Below, one piece after another: positions 36,916-49,541 of a DNA stretch of 64,000 bases. Made by a program: the position numbers and the translations under genes. The notes under the pieces were generated by a model, which ran no database searches, was not told the origin of the DNA, and saw only the letters and a list, made by a program, of their open reading frames with translations. The stretch is from Chrysomallon squamiferum (lineage: Eukaryota; Animalia; Mollusca), in NCBI GenBank assembly GCA_012295275.1, contig CM022679.1:20646001-20710000 (forward strand), written 5' to 3'. Position 1 is the stretch's first letter. Every line of letters starts with the position of its first letter.

Positions 36916-39900
36916 AAACTTTCAGCTACAAACATGCTATTGATGGTCTGTATCGTGTTGGTGCTGAGGAAGGGATTACAAAGATGTTCAATGGCGCCAC
37001 CATGGCCAGTTCCAGGGCAGTTCTAGTAACAGTGGGACAGGTGAGATAAACTGACTGACTAAGTGATATTATTTTTTTTAATAATAATGGATACACTTAA
37101 TGTCTCATTGTAAATCTGTAGTAAAGCATTGTTAGAGTTATTAACACAAATGAATTGCCATGATTCGACTTATTTAATTCTGTTTTTCCTTCCAAAGAAT
37201 TATCGTAAAACATTTTTATCAGAAAGTATTGTAATATAAAACCTTCTATTATCCATTGGCCTAATGCTTAATGCCAAATAACAACTTTTTATTTACACAT
37301 CATATTAAGGCTTTTGTTTTTCTAACTGAGAGTGCCACCATTGTGTTTCACTGGAATGATAAAGCAGTGTATAAATGTATTTGACAAAATTACAAATAAA
37401 CTTTATGATGTGTATATATATGATAGAGAGAGAGAGAGAGAGGGGGGAGAGTGAGGGAGGGAGGTAAGCAGGACATTTGTTGTATTAACAAAAGCTGGCT
37501 GTTACATGTGTATTGGAGTATTTCACAGAGCCCAGTGACATCACTGAAAACAAGCAGCTAAATTAAAGGCTATGACATACACACACGCTCCTATCTGATA
37601 GCATGTGTCTAAACTAACATTACCTATTAATTAGTGAAAACAATGCACTGAATGGTGGTAACAGGTTTTGTCATCAGACTACTGAGTTCAAATATGTTAA
37701 TGTGTAAATAAATGAATGTTCATTAATTCATTTTGGTTTATTTTACCTGTCTGTTTCAGTAAACTTTCTGACAGTGTAATTAATATTAACTAATCAAAAA
37801 ACAAATTACTTGTTTAGAGGACAGTTATATGCATTGCATAGAAACGTATTTGAATGTTATTTTGCACCCTTGTTCTTTTTACTGAATAAAAAATGTGTAT
37901 ATGTATACACACATACATATATACATACATATTAAAATGCAATATTATATATATATGCAGTGAATTTAATTTCAGGGTTTTTATTTTGGTTTTTTAGTTT
38001 TTTGTTTGTGTTTTTTTTATTCCTTTTCTTTTTTCTTTATTTAGCTTGCATTCTATGATGAAATCAAAGGGATGCTGTTGAAAACAAGTTTCTTTGAAGA
38101 TAACCTAGCCACTCATTTCTCAGCCAGTATCATGGCTGTAAGTAAAACATTAAAGTAATTCATTAAAACAATTTTATTTGTAATGTAATTTTTTTTTTTT
38201 TTTAAATTATAATATTATTTGCTATTACTTGTGTATATACATTTTTGAACTGATTGACTGTCATTATCATATGGCATTTTAAAACCATTTCACATAAACA
38301 AATTTTGTGAAGAATGTAATTTGCTGTTAGTTTTACATTTTCTTATATAATTATATTATTATTATTATCAAAATACAGTGGTACCTTGACTTACAAGTGT
38401 CCCAACATATATAACTTATATGAGTTTTTTTGACTTATGAGCAGTCACCTGGTTGATTTTTTGCTTTGAGTTGTGAGCTAAAATCCGAGTTATGAGCGAG
38501 CTTCAGATATGCCGCTGTTAGTTGGTGCAACGAACAACACAACATCCACCCAGCATCCCACATCTCACTTGTTTACTTCACGTGGTTACCTTGCTGCAGA
38601 AGCATCTCTGTTGGGTTGAACTTGTGTTTTGTGCAGTATTTTGCCAAATTTCTTTTTTCTGGCCATTAATCCTAAGAAAGTGAGTCTAAAGGACAGTGCT
38701 GAGAAGAAGAAGCAGATGATGACCATTGAATTAAAGCTTGAGTTCATAGAAAAACATGAGCGAAGTGTGCATGTAGTCCACTTGGCTACGTATTACGAGG
38801 TAGTACTTCTACGATTTGCACTATACTGAAGCTGAAGGAGTCGATAAAGGCTGTAACTCCAGCCAAGTGCGTTAAAATAATTTGTCTGATCTCAAAGATA
38901 AATACACTTTACAAAATCAATTTACTTCTTTACATTCTCTTTTATTTTGTTTTCATACAATATTTGTCATTTATAAAAAGAAAAAGAAAAATAAGAAATG
39001 GGGTGGTTCTTTGGGGGGCTGGAACAGATTAATGGTATTTCAATTAATTGGGAAAATTGATTTGATAGATGAGTAAATTGAGATACGAGCTCGATCATTA
39101 AACTCGTAAGTCGAGATACCACTGTATTATTTAAAATTTTATTATTGCATCAGTCACTTTATTGTCCTCATTTTATATCATCACTACAGTTGTAGTTACT
39201 TTTGTTGTTGTTTCATATTATCACCATTACAGTTACTGTTGTTGTTTTGCTATTATTATGATTAACATTAACCTGTACATGTATTCCATAAAGTAGTTGA
39301 ACCTTTTCAGCACCAAAGTTTGGTGTAACAGATATATTCCAGTTCCAGATATGTAGGGGAATATTACCTATTTTTACTACTACTGTATAAAAAGTTAGTG
39401 TGTTATATTGAGATACCTCATCAGTTATAGTCTTCTAGCATGTCATCATACCTCACTGAAAGCAGTGAAAGGGTTAAAGGTGTTTTCTTGGTGGGGTTTT
39501 TTTCAGGGTGTTATAGCCACCTTTTTGACACAACCTCTCGATGTGATGAAGACTCGAATGATGAATGCAAAACCAGGCCATTATGCAGTAAGTGACATTT
39601 CTATAATATGTTGCTTACAAACATGTTCCAAATATAAACACTACATGTTAAATGTACTTCCATGAATCCTAAACCAGATGGTAACATGACAATTAAAAAA
39701 TGTAATTGTAAGCATATTCAATGTGTGTGTGTAAGTGTGTTGAATTTTGGAATATAATTATATAGTGTGAGAATAGGATCTGTCTAAATTCAGTTTCAGT
39801 TTATACAAATAGTTTGTTGGATTTTTTATATAATATTTTTAATACTTTTATGCATAAAATAAAGTTTGTGTATGCGTAACAATCTGAAAACTGTAAACTA

Positions 39901-40745
39901 TAATTATTTCTATTAAAGTTTTCACAGCTTTTTGGATTTTTGAATTTCAGATAAAAAAACTTCATCCTTTATACATACATACATACATACATACATATTA
40001 AATGTTCATTAATTGAATTTCAAACTTCTTTGTAAATAGAGATGAATTCTTTAAACAAACCCTATAACAAAAGTAATGATTGTTTTTAGAAATTTGAAAA
40101 TGCAGAGTTCTGTGAATCATAGAAATAATTGTAACTCTAGAAATTTAAAAAATGATTTTCAAAAAAATTAAAGCAATGAGAATAAAGGATTATTCATGAG
40201 GTTTTTGTTTTAGGTATGTGTGTTTTTTTTAATTTTTATTTGAAAGGAATCAATTTTATTATTTATTTATGCATTTTTGGATAACACATCATTTTGCTAC
40301 AAATAACAAGATTGATAAACTATGAGTAATGTTTTGAGAGAGAGATAGAAAACAGTTTGTGCATAGTAAATTATTATTATTCTTTTTTATTTTATTTTTC
40401 TCAGAGTCTTATGGCTTGTGCAGTGGATATTGGGAAAAACGGCCCATTAGGATTCTTTAAAGTAAGTAACTTTTTGTTTTTAACTAAAATTTCAATTAAT
40501 TATCATCTCTGTAAGCCAATGGTGAATAATACATCACTGTTAATTTTCATTAAATACTTGAGAAATTTCTTATCTTATATATTAGCAGTGTATATAAAAT
40601 ATAACAAAAAAATGCAAATGAAAATAATTTTTATTTTTTATTTCAGGGTTTTGTTCCAGCATTTGTTCGACTTGGGCCACACACTGTGTTGACCTTCATA
40701 TTTTTTGAACAGTTGAGACAGAATTTTGGAGACGATCCTAAATAA
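32626..40745 (+). CDS. SLC25A10: Mitochondrial dicarboxylate carrier (DIC); exon 1 carries a +1 frame discrepancy right after the ATG
   Basis: Exons 32626-32722, 34539-34658, 35222-35382, 35825-35866, 36926-37040, 38045-38137, 39507-39587, 40405-40461, 40647-40745. Translation RWYFGGFASAAAACCTHPLDLLKVHLQTQQ...LYNGLSASITRQLTYSLTRFAIYE...GTPADLVNVRMQND...QPLDVMKTRMMN...FVRLGPHTVLTFIFFEQLR; three carrier signature motifs; 287 aa if one base of exon 1 is removed. Confidence 0.93.
33155..33428. mobile_element. hAT-type MITE in SLC25A10 intron 1
   Basis: Termini CAGTGGCATTCAGAGG ... CCTCTGCATGTCAGTG (imperfect TIR), flanked by an 8-bp target duplication TCTGTCAA / TCAGTCAA; GC-rich ends and AT-rich core. 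Confidence 0.72.
38376..39124 (+). mobile_element. Non-autonomous Tigger/pogo (Tc1-mariner superfamily) deletion derivative, 749 bp, in SLC25A10 intron 6
   Basis: TA on both flanks; TIRs CAGTGGTACCTTGACTTACAAGT / ACTCGTAAGTCGAGATACCACTG (20/23 match); residual CENP-B-type HTH transposase N-terminus PKKVSLKDSAEKKKQMMTIELKLEFIEKHERSVHVVHLA, frameshifted. Confidence 0.88.
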
Positions 40746-41610
40746 TTCTATTTTATAAATTAGCAAATTCATTACTCACTAGTTTTTAGTTATTAATCAG
40801 AATTTTAAACAAAAAATAGAAGAAAATTATCCTGTGGTAAAAAAAAAAAAAAAAATCCATTTTAAATGTACACTGTCTTAATGACTGAATGTTTGAGTAC
40901 AAAATTGCAGCCTTGCTTAATCAAATGACTAAAACTATTTAATTTGGACATAAAACTCTGTCCATTTCATAATAAATATCATGTTAGACTAAAAGAATCT
41001 CACACAAGGAATCTTTTGTAAAAAATTTTTATAAATCTCAAAATAATTGGTAAAAGAAAAAAGATATTGTTAGGTTAATAATTGAGTTGGTAGAATGAAT
41101 TGTTGAATATGATGAACTGTATCATTTCTAGGGAATGGCACTAGGAATAATCTGTAACAAGGAATAATCTATTTAACTAGGAATAACTTGATTCAAAAGG
41201 TGTAATCAGTGTCATTAATAATAATCTATGTTACAAGTATAAGCATGTTAAGAAATAACTTGTCTTGTTGAATATTCTACATCACTAGGAATAACATTTT
41301 TCATTACTTATTGTCAGAGTTATAAATTCTATTTTGTTTTCCATACATTGCAGATTTTTTTTTCTGGTAATTTAAAATCATGAATGGTAGATTGTTATTT
41401 TATCAATGTCATTTTAGGGTTAAGTTTTAAAGGTGGTAGTTTGCATATAATTTGTGTTGTTGGTGACAGGTTTATGTTGTTTTTGAAAGAAGGAGTTGGA
41501 CTCCTAGCCATACAAATGTTACAAATTAGCCATTTTAAAATAATTTATAGACTGTTGTTACCTGAAAATTTGTTGCTTTTAGTTTCAGCAACTCACTGTT
41601 AAGATTGTTT

Positions 41611-41612
<2 letters not shown>

Positions 41613-41657
<45 letters not shown>
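41613..41657. repeat. (AC)n microsatellite
   Basis: Direct reading. Confidence 0.97.
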
Positions 41658-41659
<2 letters not shown>

Positions 41660-42382
41660 GCACACACACCTCACATTATACACATATGTATATTGTTTAA
41701 ATCATGAATGCAATTTTTATCAGTCAAAGCAACTAAAGTGCTAAATTAATCATGAACAGGTTTAGGGATCTGAAATCCAGAAAATATTTTTCACAAAATT
41801 AAAGTGATTTTATTAGTGGAGAATTTTAAAAAATAATAACAAAAAATGTTTTCTTCTTTGAAGCTGTAATTAGTAATAGTTTTATTTGTTACAAAATATT
41901 AATTCTATGTGACATGAAATTTAATAAAGTTGAAAATTGAGAATATCAATAAGACTAAATTTAAAAAGATAATTTTGTTATCTGATACACAGAAATAGCA
42001 TAATTATTTTTGTAATCTTCAGATGTAGCTGGAAATATTATTCCAGGGACACTAAAAAGATTTCCTTGGTCACTATGAAGGTCTTTTGGTCAAAAACATT
42101 AAAAAAAATAATAATACATTTAAATTTTTTTTTTTTAATCATTTTCAAGGATATTGTTTTAATTACCAGTCATGTAACAGAAGAAAATAAATTTCTTCTG
42201 AGGCTTTTAATTTTCTATGTGTAATAGGCCTTTTTTGATTATGGTGCTTTTTGAAACTGCATCCTTTTTGATGTTTCCTGTTTCCAAGTTCAGCTTGCAG
42301 CTAAAATTGTCTCTATTTGTAATTAAATTGAACTGTAATGGTTGTTGTTTCTGTTTCATCAAACTACATTTCTTTAATAATC

Positions 42383-42386
<4 letters not shown>

Positions 42387-42438
<52 letters not shown>
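42387..42438. repeat. (TA)n microsatellite
   Basis: Direct reading. Confidence 0.97.
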
Positions 42439-42447
<9 letters not shown>

Positions 42448-45400
42448 TACTATTACCTTTCATACAAATATTTAATATATTTATTAAGATGAAATGATTT
42501 TGATCATTGCTGTTTTTAGTGTTCATATGAAACTTTTTTAATAAATTCTTTTGTAAAGATTTTTAAAAATACTTTTGTAAATTTAAAAAAATTCTTTTTC
42601 TGAAATTTAAATATTATTAAAATGAAAAAAATGGTGGGTTTTGTTCTTGTTGTCTCTGATCTTTTTTTTTTTTTTTTTTTTGATGTGAACCATTTCTTTT
42701 TATTCACATGTTGTTGTTTTTTTTTCCAATTTTTAAGTTATAAAATTTTTATTGTTGCCATTTTCATAGTAAGTATATACACACTGTGTCTGTAAATCAT
42801 CATGACTGAATTATCCATTCATATCCCAGTGATTTCAGTTGCCAGATTTTTATAAACTAGAATATAATATTTTTTAAACTGAAATGATTCATTCTAGAAA
42901 ATACTTTTGCTGCCATAAAAAAAAAATCTAGTTTTGTTGTTTATTTGAATATAATAAGTGATACATGGATGGTCGCTTTTGTAAGTTTTAGCTTGAAATG
43001 TTTCAGCAGTGTTGTTAATGTACATGATGCCATAAAGCTAGTATGTTTGTGTTTCAAGGTGTCAATAGGTATTCATCATATTTTCACTCATTCATTCCAT
43101 CATTAGTTCTGAGCATAATGTGTATTCTGTCAGTAAACTCTAATTATCAAAATTACACACAAACAAAAAACATGATAATGTTGTTCTTGATTGTAAATCA
43201 GATGATCCAACAGTAAATTGATTAGGCTTAACTGATAAAAATAAATAATCACTTTGAGATAAAATATACAAATTATTTAGATAACTAGATAAATTAGATT
43301 TACTGATAAAATATGTTGGTATAACTAAGTAGTCTTAAGAAGTTTTGACAGGGACCTCAAAATTCTTGTATACTTAAGATAATGCGCACAACTGAGAGAT
43401 TTAACAAGAAACAGGTTTTGTTTGGAGAAACAATTTGTTTCCAGACTTAATATCATTTGAGTCTGGATTCAGATGCAGACTGGGTTTTAATCAGATGTAC
43501 AGCAGAGTTGTTTGAAAATGATGTAAACATTTTATGTTTTAAAAGACAAGCAGGCCTTGATATTGCTCTTAACCATTTTTTTAAAAAGTGTACCTGTGTC
43601 GGTTCTAGCAAATAGCCATATTTGTTTTGGTGTCCAAGTTTCTGTTCATATATTATGAAAGCCAACCTTTGCTAATAATAAAGTTTTATAATTCTATAAT
43701 GAGCCAAAACAGAAAGACAGTACTAGGTGATATAAAATGGTAATAATCTTTTTCATGCAGTCATCAGGTTAGTAAATGTGATAAAAATATTGCTCATTCT
43801 TTTTCTTCTTTTTCTCCAAAAAAAAAAAAAAGAAGAAAGATTTCAGGAGATTGAGCAATTTTGACATTTACTTAGTTATTAATGTTGGTCTCACATCATC
43901 ATGAGTATTCTGCAGATCACTGACTGTTTGTTTACTCCAACACAGGTACACTTGAATGTTTGTTTTTATTTTGTTGTATAGTTTTCATTTAATCGGAATG
44001 GTATATTCCAGAGAAGTAAGTTTTTTCCTTTTTTCTCCTGTATTGTTTTGTATATGAATGATTGCAAAGACATTTGTACTGTGGCTACGCACAAATGTAC
44101 ATTGTTTGCTAGTCCAGATAAATACTATGCATATTAACACCTAAATGTGTCTTTAAGACAGACAGTACAATCAGAAAAACTAATATGACTATGGTGTTCT
44201 TTATATTTAAATACACACATTATTTATTTTCATTTATTTTATTTTCATTTTTTTATTATCAATCATAATATTTCACTTTGAGATTCTGATCTTTTAAAAT
44301 ATTTATTCAACTATTAATATATTTTATTTTCAAGTGCTGAAAATAGTGTAAAGTTAAAAAATGTTAACCAGAATTGTATTCTATTATATTTATACTATTT
44401 AAATGTATTTAATATTTACTATTGTTGTTATGTATTTCAGTGCTAGGTTGGAGGAAATTTCAAGAGATGTATTAATCCAAAACATCTGTTTGACTAGATT
44501 TTAATATAAATACCAATTTACATACATGAATCCATTGTATAGATTTACTTTATTATTAATATATGGAAAAGAGAAAGTTATACTATTTATTATTTATTTA
44601 TTTATTATTTTAAATCTACACTAATCAGTAATTATATCAAAATAATTTCCAGTCACCATTTTCACTTTGGTCTTATTATTAAAGTGAGTGAAGAAGATAA
44701 AATTGTTTTTCAAAGTAATAATTTGATAATTATGGCTATACTGGTTATTTGTTGGATTTTTAAACTTGATCTTTTTGTTATTTTTATTAATTTTTAATGT
44801 TTAATTCTTATAATTAAAATAGAAAAAAAAAAAAAGGGCTATACAATCAAAAAGAAGAAAGTAAAACATAGCTGTAATATAACAATTTCATGCAAGTGAA
44901 TTGTGCCTTATTACGTGATGCAGAATTTTAGTTTTATTGTTTATTAAGTCTGAACAATAATTTACTAGATTGGAATAATAACCAGAATATTTTACTTTAT
45001 TTGATATATGATAAACACTAGAATTTTTTATATTTATATTTTGGCACCAGGAATCTAAGAAATGAAAGAATAATGTATTCTGTTTTTGAGATTTGTACAA
45101 AGATATTATTATTATTATTATTATTCTAGAAAGTATTTTTTTAAATCTCGTAATACTAATCTCAGAGATAAAATAATGGGATATTTTTATTTTTATTTTG
45201 TTAAATTATTTTTTAAGTTGTGTATTCTTGTTCAAAGATGCTAGAAGCTTATGCATGGAAAATCATCTAGCATGCATTCCTAGTTGGTAATAATATATTC
45301 ATTTATTTTAAAGAGCTAAGAAACAAATGCTACCTGCTTAGTATATCATTAATTAAGCACAATTTTAAGTGATGTCACATAATTATTACTTTTAGTAAGT

Positions 45401-46626
45401 AGCTGAAAGAACTTGTTGTGACCTCTTGTTCAACAAAAATAATTTACTGCAGAATTAGATAGGAATATTTGTTACTTTTTAATCACAAGGATAATAATTT
45501 GTCTCTTTCATACTGCTTTCAGTATTTAATATGCCTATTCTGATAGTGACATCACAGTACAGAAGCAATATATAGTTTTATCATAATAGTAAAATTCTAA
45601 ACTCAAGTTGAAAACAGTTTTTCCTTTTCCTAAGTTATTTTATTTTCAATTCAAATAAGTTGGATTTTGTATGTCATTTAGACTTTATAACATTTTTTTT
45701 TCTTGATAATTTTGTCAGCAGAACCAATCATAGAATTTATGTAATTTATTTTTTAATTTTTTAATTTTTAAAATTTTATTTATTTATTTATTTTAATTTT
45801 AAAAAGGGAAGTGCGTGTTACTGTTTGGTGCATTATCAACAAAACAATATGTTCCTATACATATAAAATGTTCAGCAGAAAATATAATGTTTTGATGAAT
45901 ATTATACTTTTAATGAGTGTGAAAATAAAAATTCTGTAAACTGATGTTGGTTGACTTTTTCATTCAGACAAATATTTTAGTGAAGAAAATATTTTCTGTT
46001 CTAAGCTAAACTTAAAAAAAAAAGAAGAAAATCCTAAGGTTTTGTTCATTAGAACTGCTGAGGGGAAAATATTTAAATGAAACTTTAAGCAACATTTTAA
46101 TCTATGACTGTGATGCCATAAAGTTATATATAGGTAATGTAAGGAAACCACCTGATTGGTTAGAAGTCAGCAACATAAAATAGCCAACAGTACCTCTTCC
46201 CATTGACAGAAAAACATAATCAGGTCAAGAATTAAAAAAAAATCCTGATCAACAGTTAATACATATTACAATGATATAACACTATTGGTTTAGAAAGAAG
46301 AAGAAGAAGAAAATATTATAAATATAGACACATACAATAATCCAAAGGTTGGTGTAGCGAACTTCTTATTAATTGAGGTATGTGAGTATAATTTTTTAGC
46401 AAACTGAATATGTTAATTAAATCTTAAAAACAAAAAATATTCAAATCTTGTAATTTGCCAGACAAGTTTATTATTTTATTCCTTATGAAAATATGTTAAT
46501 AAATATAGAGTATAATAACGTTAGCAACAGTTACAATTTCATGAAAACTGCATTTGAATACATGACTATAAAATATTGAAAAGTATGTAGTTTGTTTAAA
46601 TAATTTTAAAATAATACAGTGTACAT

Positions 46627-46657
<31 letters not shown>

Positions 46658-46729
46658 TATACATACACACTGTATTACTGTAAAATTATATATATTACAT
46701 GTGAATACATTTTAAAAGAATGTAATATA

Positions 46730-47160
46730 TATTGAAATAGTTATAGAATAATATAGCATATTGTATGTTGAAATAATGATAAAATACTGTATATGGAAAA
46801 TGATTTTAAAATAATAAAACTCACATATATATTTTTTGTTAAAATAATTATGAAATAATATAGTATATTGTATGTTGAAATAATGGTAAAATAATATATA
46901 AGGAAAATGATTTTAGAATAATAAAACTCACATATATACTATTTGTTAAAACAATTATGAAATAATATAGAATATGGTACACTGAAATAACGATAAATAA
47001 TAATTGATTGTGAAATAATGATAAAATAATATAGTATATAGTATGCTGAAATGATTTTAAATTAATAAAGTCACATATATTGTTTGTTGAAATAATGATA
47101 AATAATATAATATACATGTATATTGTTTATTGAAATAATTATAAAGTAATACAGTATATT
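46730..47160. repeat. Degenerate AT-rich ~120-bp tandem repeat, ~3.5 copies
   Basis: Recurrent GTTGAAATAATGATAAAATA, AAATGATTTTA and TCACATATAT blocks. Confidence 0.65.
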
Positions 47161-49171
47161 ACAGATCTATACCAAAATAATTCTGAAAAATGTATACGCA
47201 GTAGTTACAAATTAATGACCAAAAATATCTAAGATGATGAAGCCTGTAGATTTAGAACATACAAATGTTTTGAAATGTATTATACAGGTCCTAAATGTTT
47301 GTGTCAGATAGAATTGTTTTTGCCAAATTACTTTTAATATGTTGTATCTTCTCATTTCATTATTTGTAAGTGTTGATGTAACAACTGCTATACACACAAT
47401 TACAATAAAGCTGAAAGTAAAGTCACAAAAGTGTGATATCAAATAGTACCTGAGTTGATTAATAATACTTAGTAATTATTTCTTTATTTGTGCAATTTTT
47501 TAGTTTTGTTAAAATGAAATATAAAATATAATTAATTGCACACTGGCTTTGTTTATAATTCATATTGAACATGAAATTTTAACAACTTATAATTAGATGT
47601 TCTGCAGATAAACAAAAAAAAAATAAAAATAAAAACAACCCATAAAAATGAGACAACTTCAAAACAATCCATGCTATTCTATCTCTGCAGTCATGGCTTG
47701 CATTAGACACTAGCTTTGCAAGACTTAAGAAAATATATCAACACAAGAAATTAAAGAAAATAATGTATATATTCAGCATCAGAATATTAAAAATGAAATA
47801 AACCTTCACTACACCAAAGCAGAGAATATAATTATATACAAAATAAGTTCACTAAACATTCACAAATGATATTTAATAAAATAAAAATTCTAAAATAAAC
47901 CATGCATTTTGTCACAAATTCAGATTATGATACTGTTGTATTTATGACCATTAAAAGATATTAAAATATTCTGTTTAATACAAAATAAAATAAAAAAATA
48001 TTAAAATACATCATATCAAAATGCTATAAAGAATTGTGATATCAGTATATTAAAATTTATTAAGACATTAATTTTTGTTACTGTTTAGAAATACAGTAAG
48101 ACAAAATATAAAAAAATTATTGTTATTTACTTTCTCATTGTTCACAACCTTCCATAAATGAAAATATTAAAATAAAACTTAACACCGATTTTGCTCAAGT
48201 TTAGAATAAAATTACAGCAAAGTAAGATCAATAAAAAGTTGATTATAAAAAAAACAAAATAATAATAATAAACTTTAAAACAGTAGAAGAGAACAACCAT
48301 ATACTTTCAGAAGAAAGTTTAAAATCAAAATCTGACCATAAAAAGAAATATTTGGTCATGATCTGGCTGCTTTTGGTTAACAAGAACAAAAAAAAGTTGA
48401 AATATAAAAAATTCCCATGAATCATTCATTGTTCATTTTAACAATGAAGAATGAAATTTCTCATGATTGTTTTTACAGCATTAATATCCATGCAAAGAGA
48501 ATATCGTATCAGTTTACAGTCAGTGTACATACTATTATATTATTTGGCACCATCTTTCATAGATTTTAGTTATATTTTTATTTAAACTTTAATTTAAATA
48601 ATGTTTATGTATGTATCTGTATGTTGCTTGTGTATGTGTGTGTGTATGTGTATGTGCATGTTCAGATGTGTACATGTGTATAATCAATATATAAATCTAT
48701 GTATTCATATTATGTTTTATTTGCGAATCTGTGGTTAATAATAATTTTGTAAACATTTAATAACTAACAGAAATACTAAAATACAGATCTTATTGCTAAT
48801 TCTGCTAGCTACTTAGAACAATCTGTATATATATAATATTGCTATAGAGAATAATTCCTTTCTCATACTTGAGAAAATTTTAATGTTTTTTTCACTGTTG
48901 AATATAAGTTCAACAGCTGAATACTTTTAAAAAACATTCTCCATTACATCAATGTTTGACATTCATTGGATCTTAAATTTTATGTTTATATTAAAACACT
49001 GCAGTAACCTAATAACATCAACAAAAGTATATGACTTATTTCTTATAACTTGGTGTCATAGAACAAACAAAATAAAAATTTATAATAAAGTAAATAACAA
49101 ATTTAAAATATATTTTTATACTTAAAGACAGTAAAACCAATGAAGACAACTGTGGTTGTTGTTTTGCACAA

Positions 49172-49476
49172 TTACGTCAACATCAGAGCTATGATCATGA
49201 GTGTGCCGATGTCGTGTATACGATGGTAAGCTTTCATAAGGCGGATTCCAGCACCCAAAGCTTCAAGATCAGCCCCAGGGGCAGATTCTTGTTCTAAATC
49301 ATCAACGTGGGCAGCTCCAAGAATTCTGTAAGAAAATAACTGTTGTTATAATTATCATAATTGTTATCATATTTATTTTTATAGTATTAACAGTAACTGA
49401 TAAAAAGTTTAATTCTCAGTTTCTAAACAAGTAATTATTTACCTGTAATAATAATAACAACAACAGTAATACTAAA

Positions 49477-49541
<65 letters not shown>

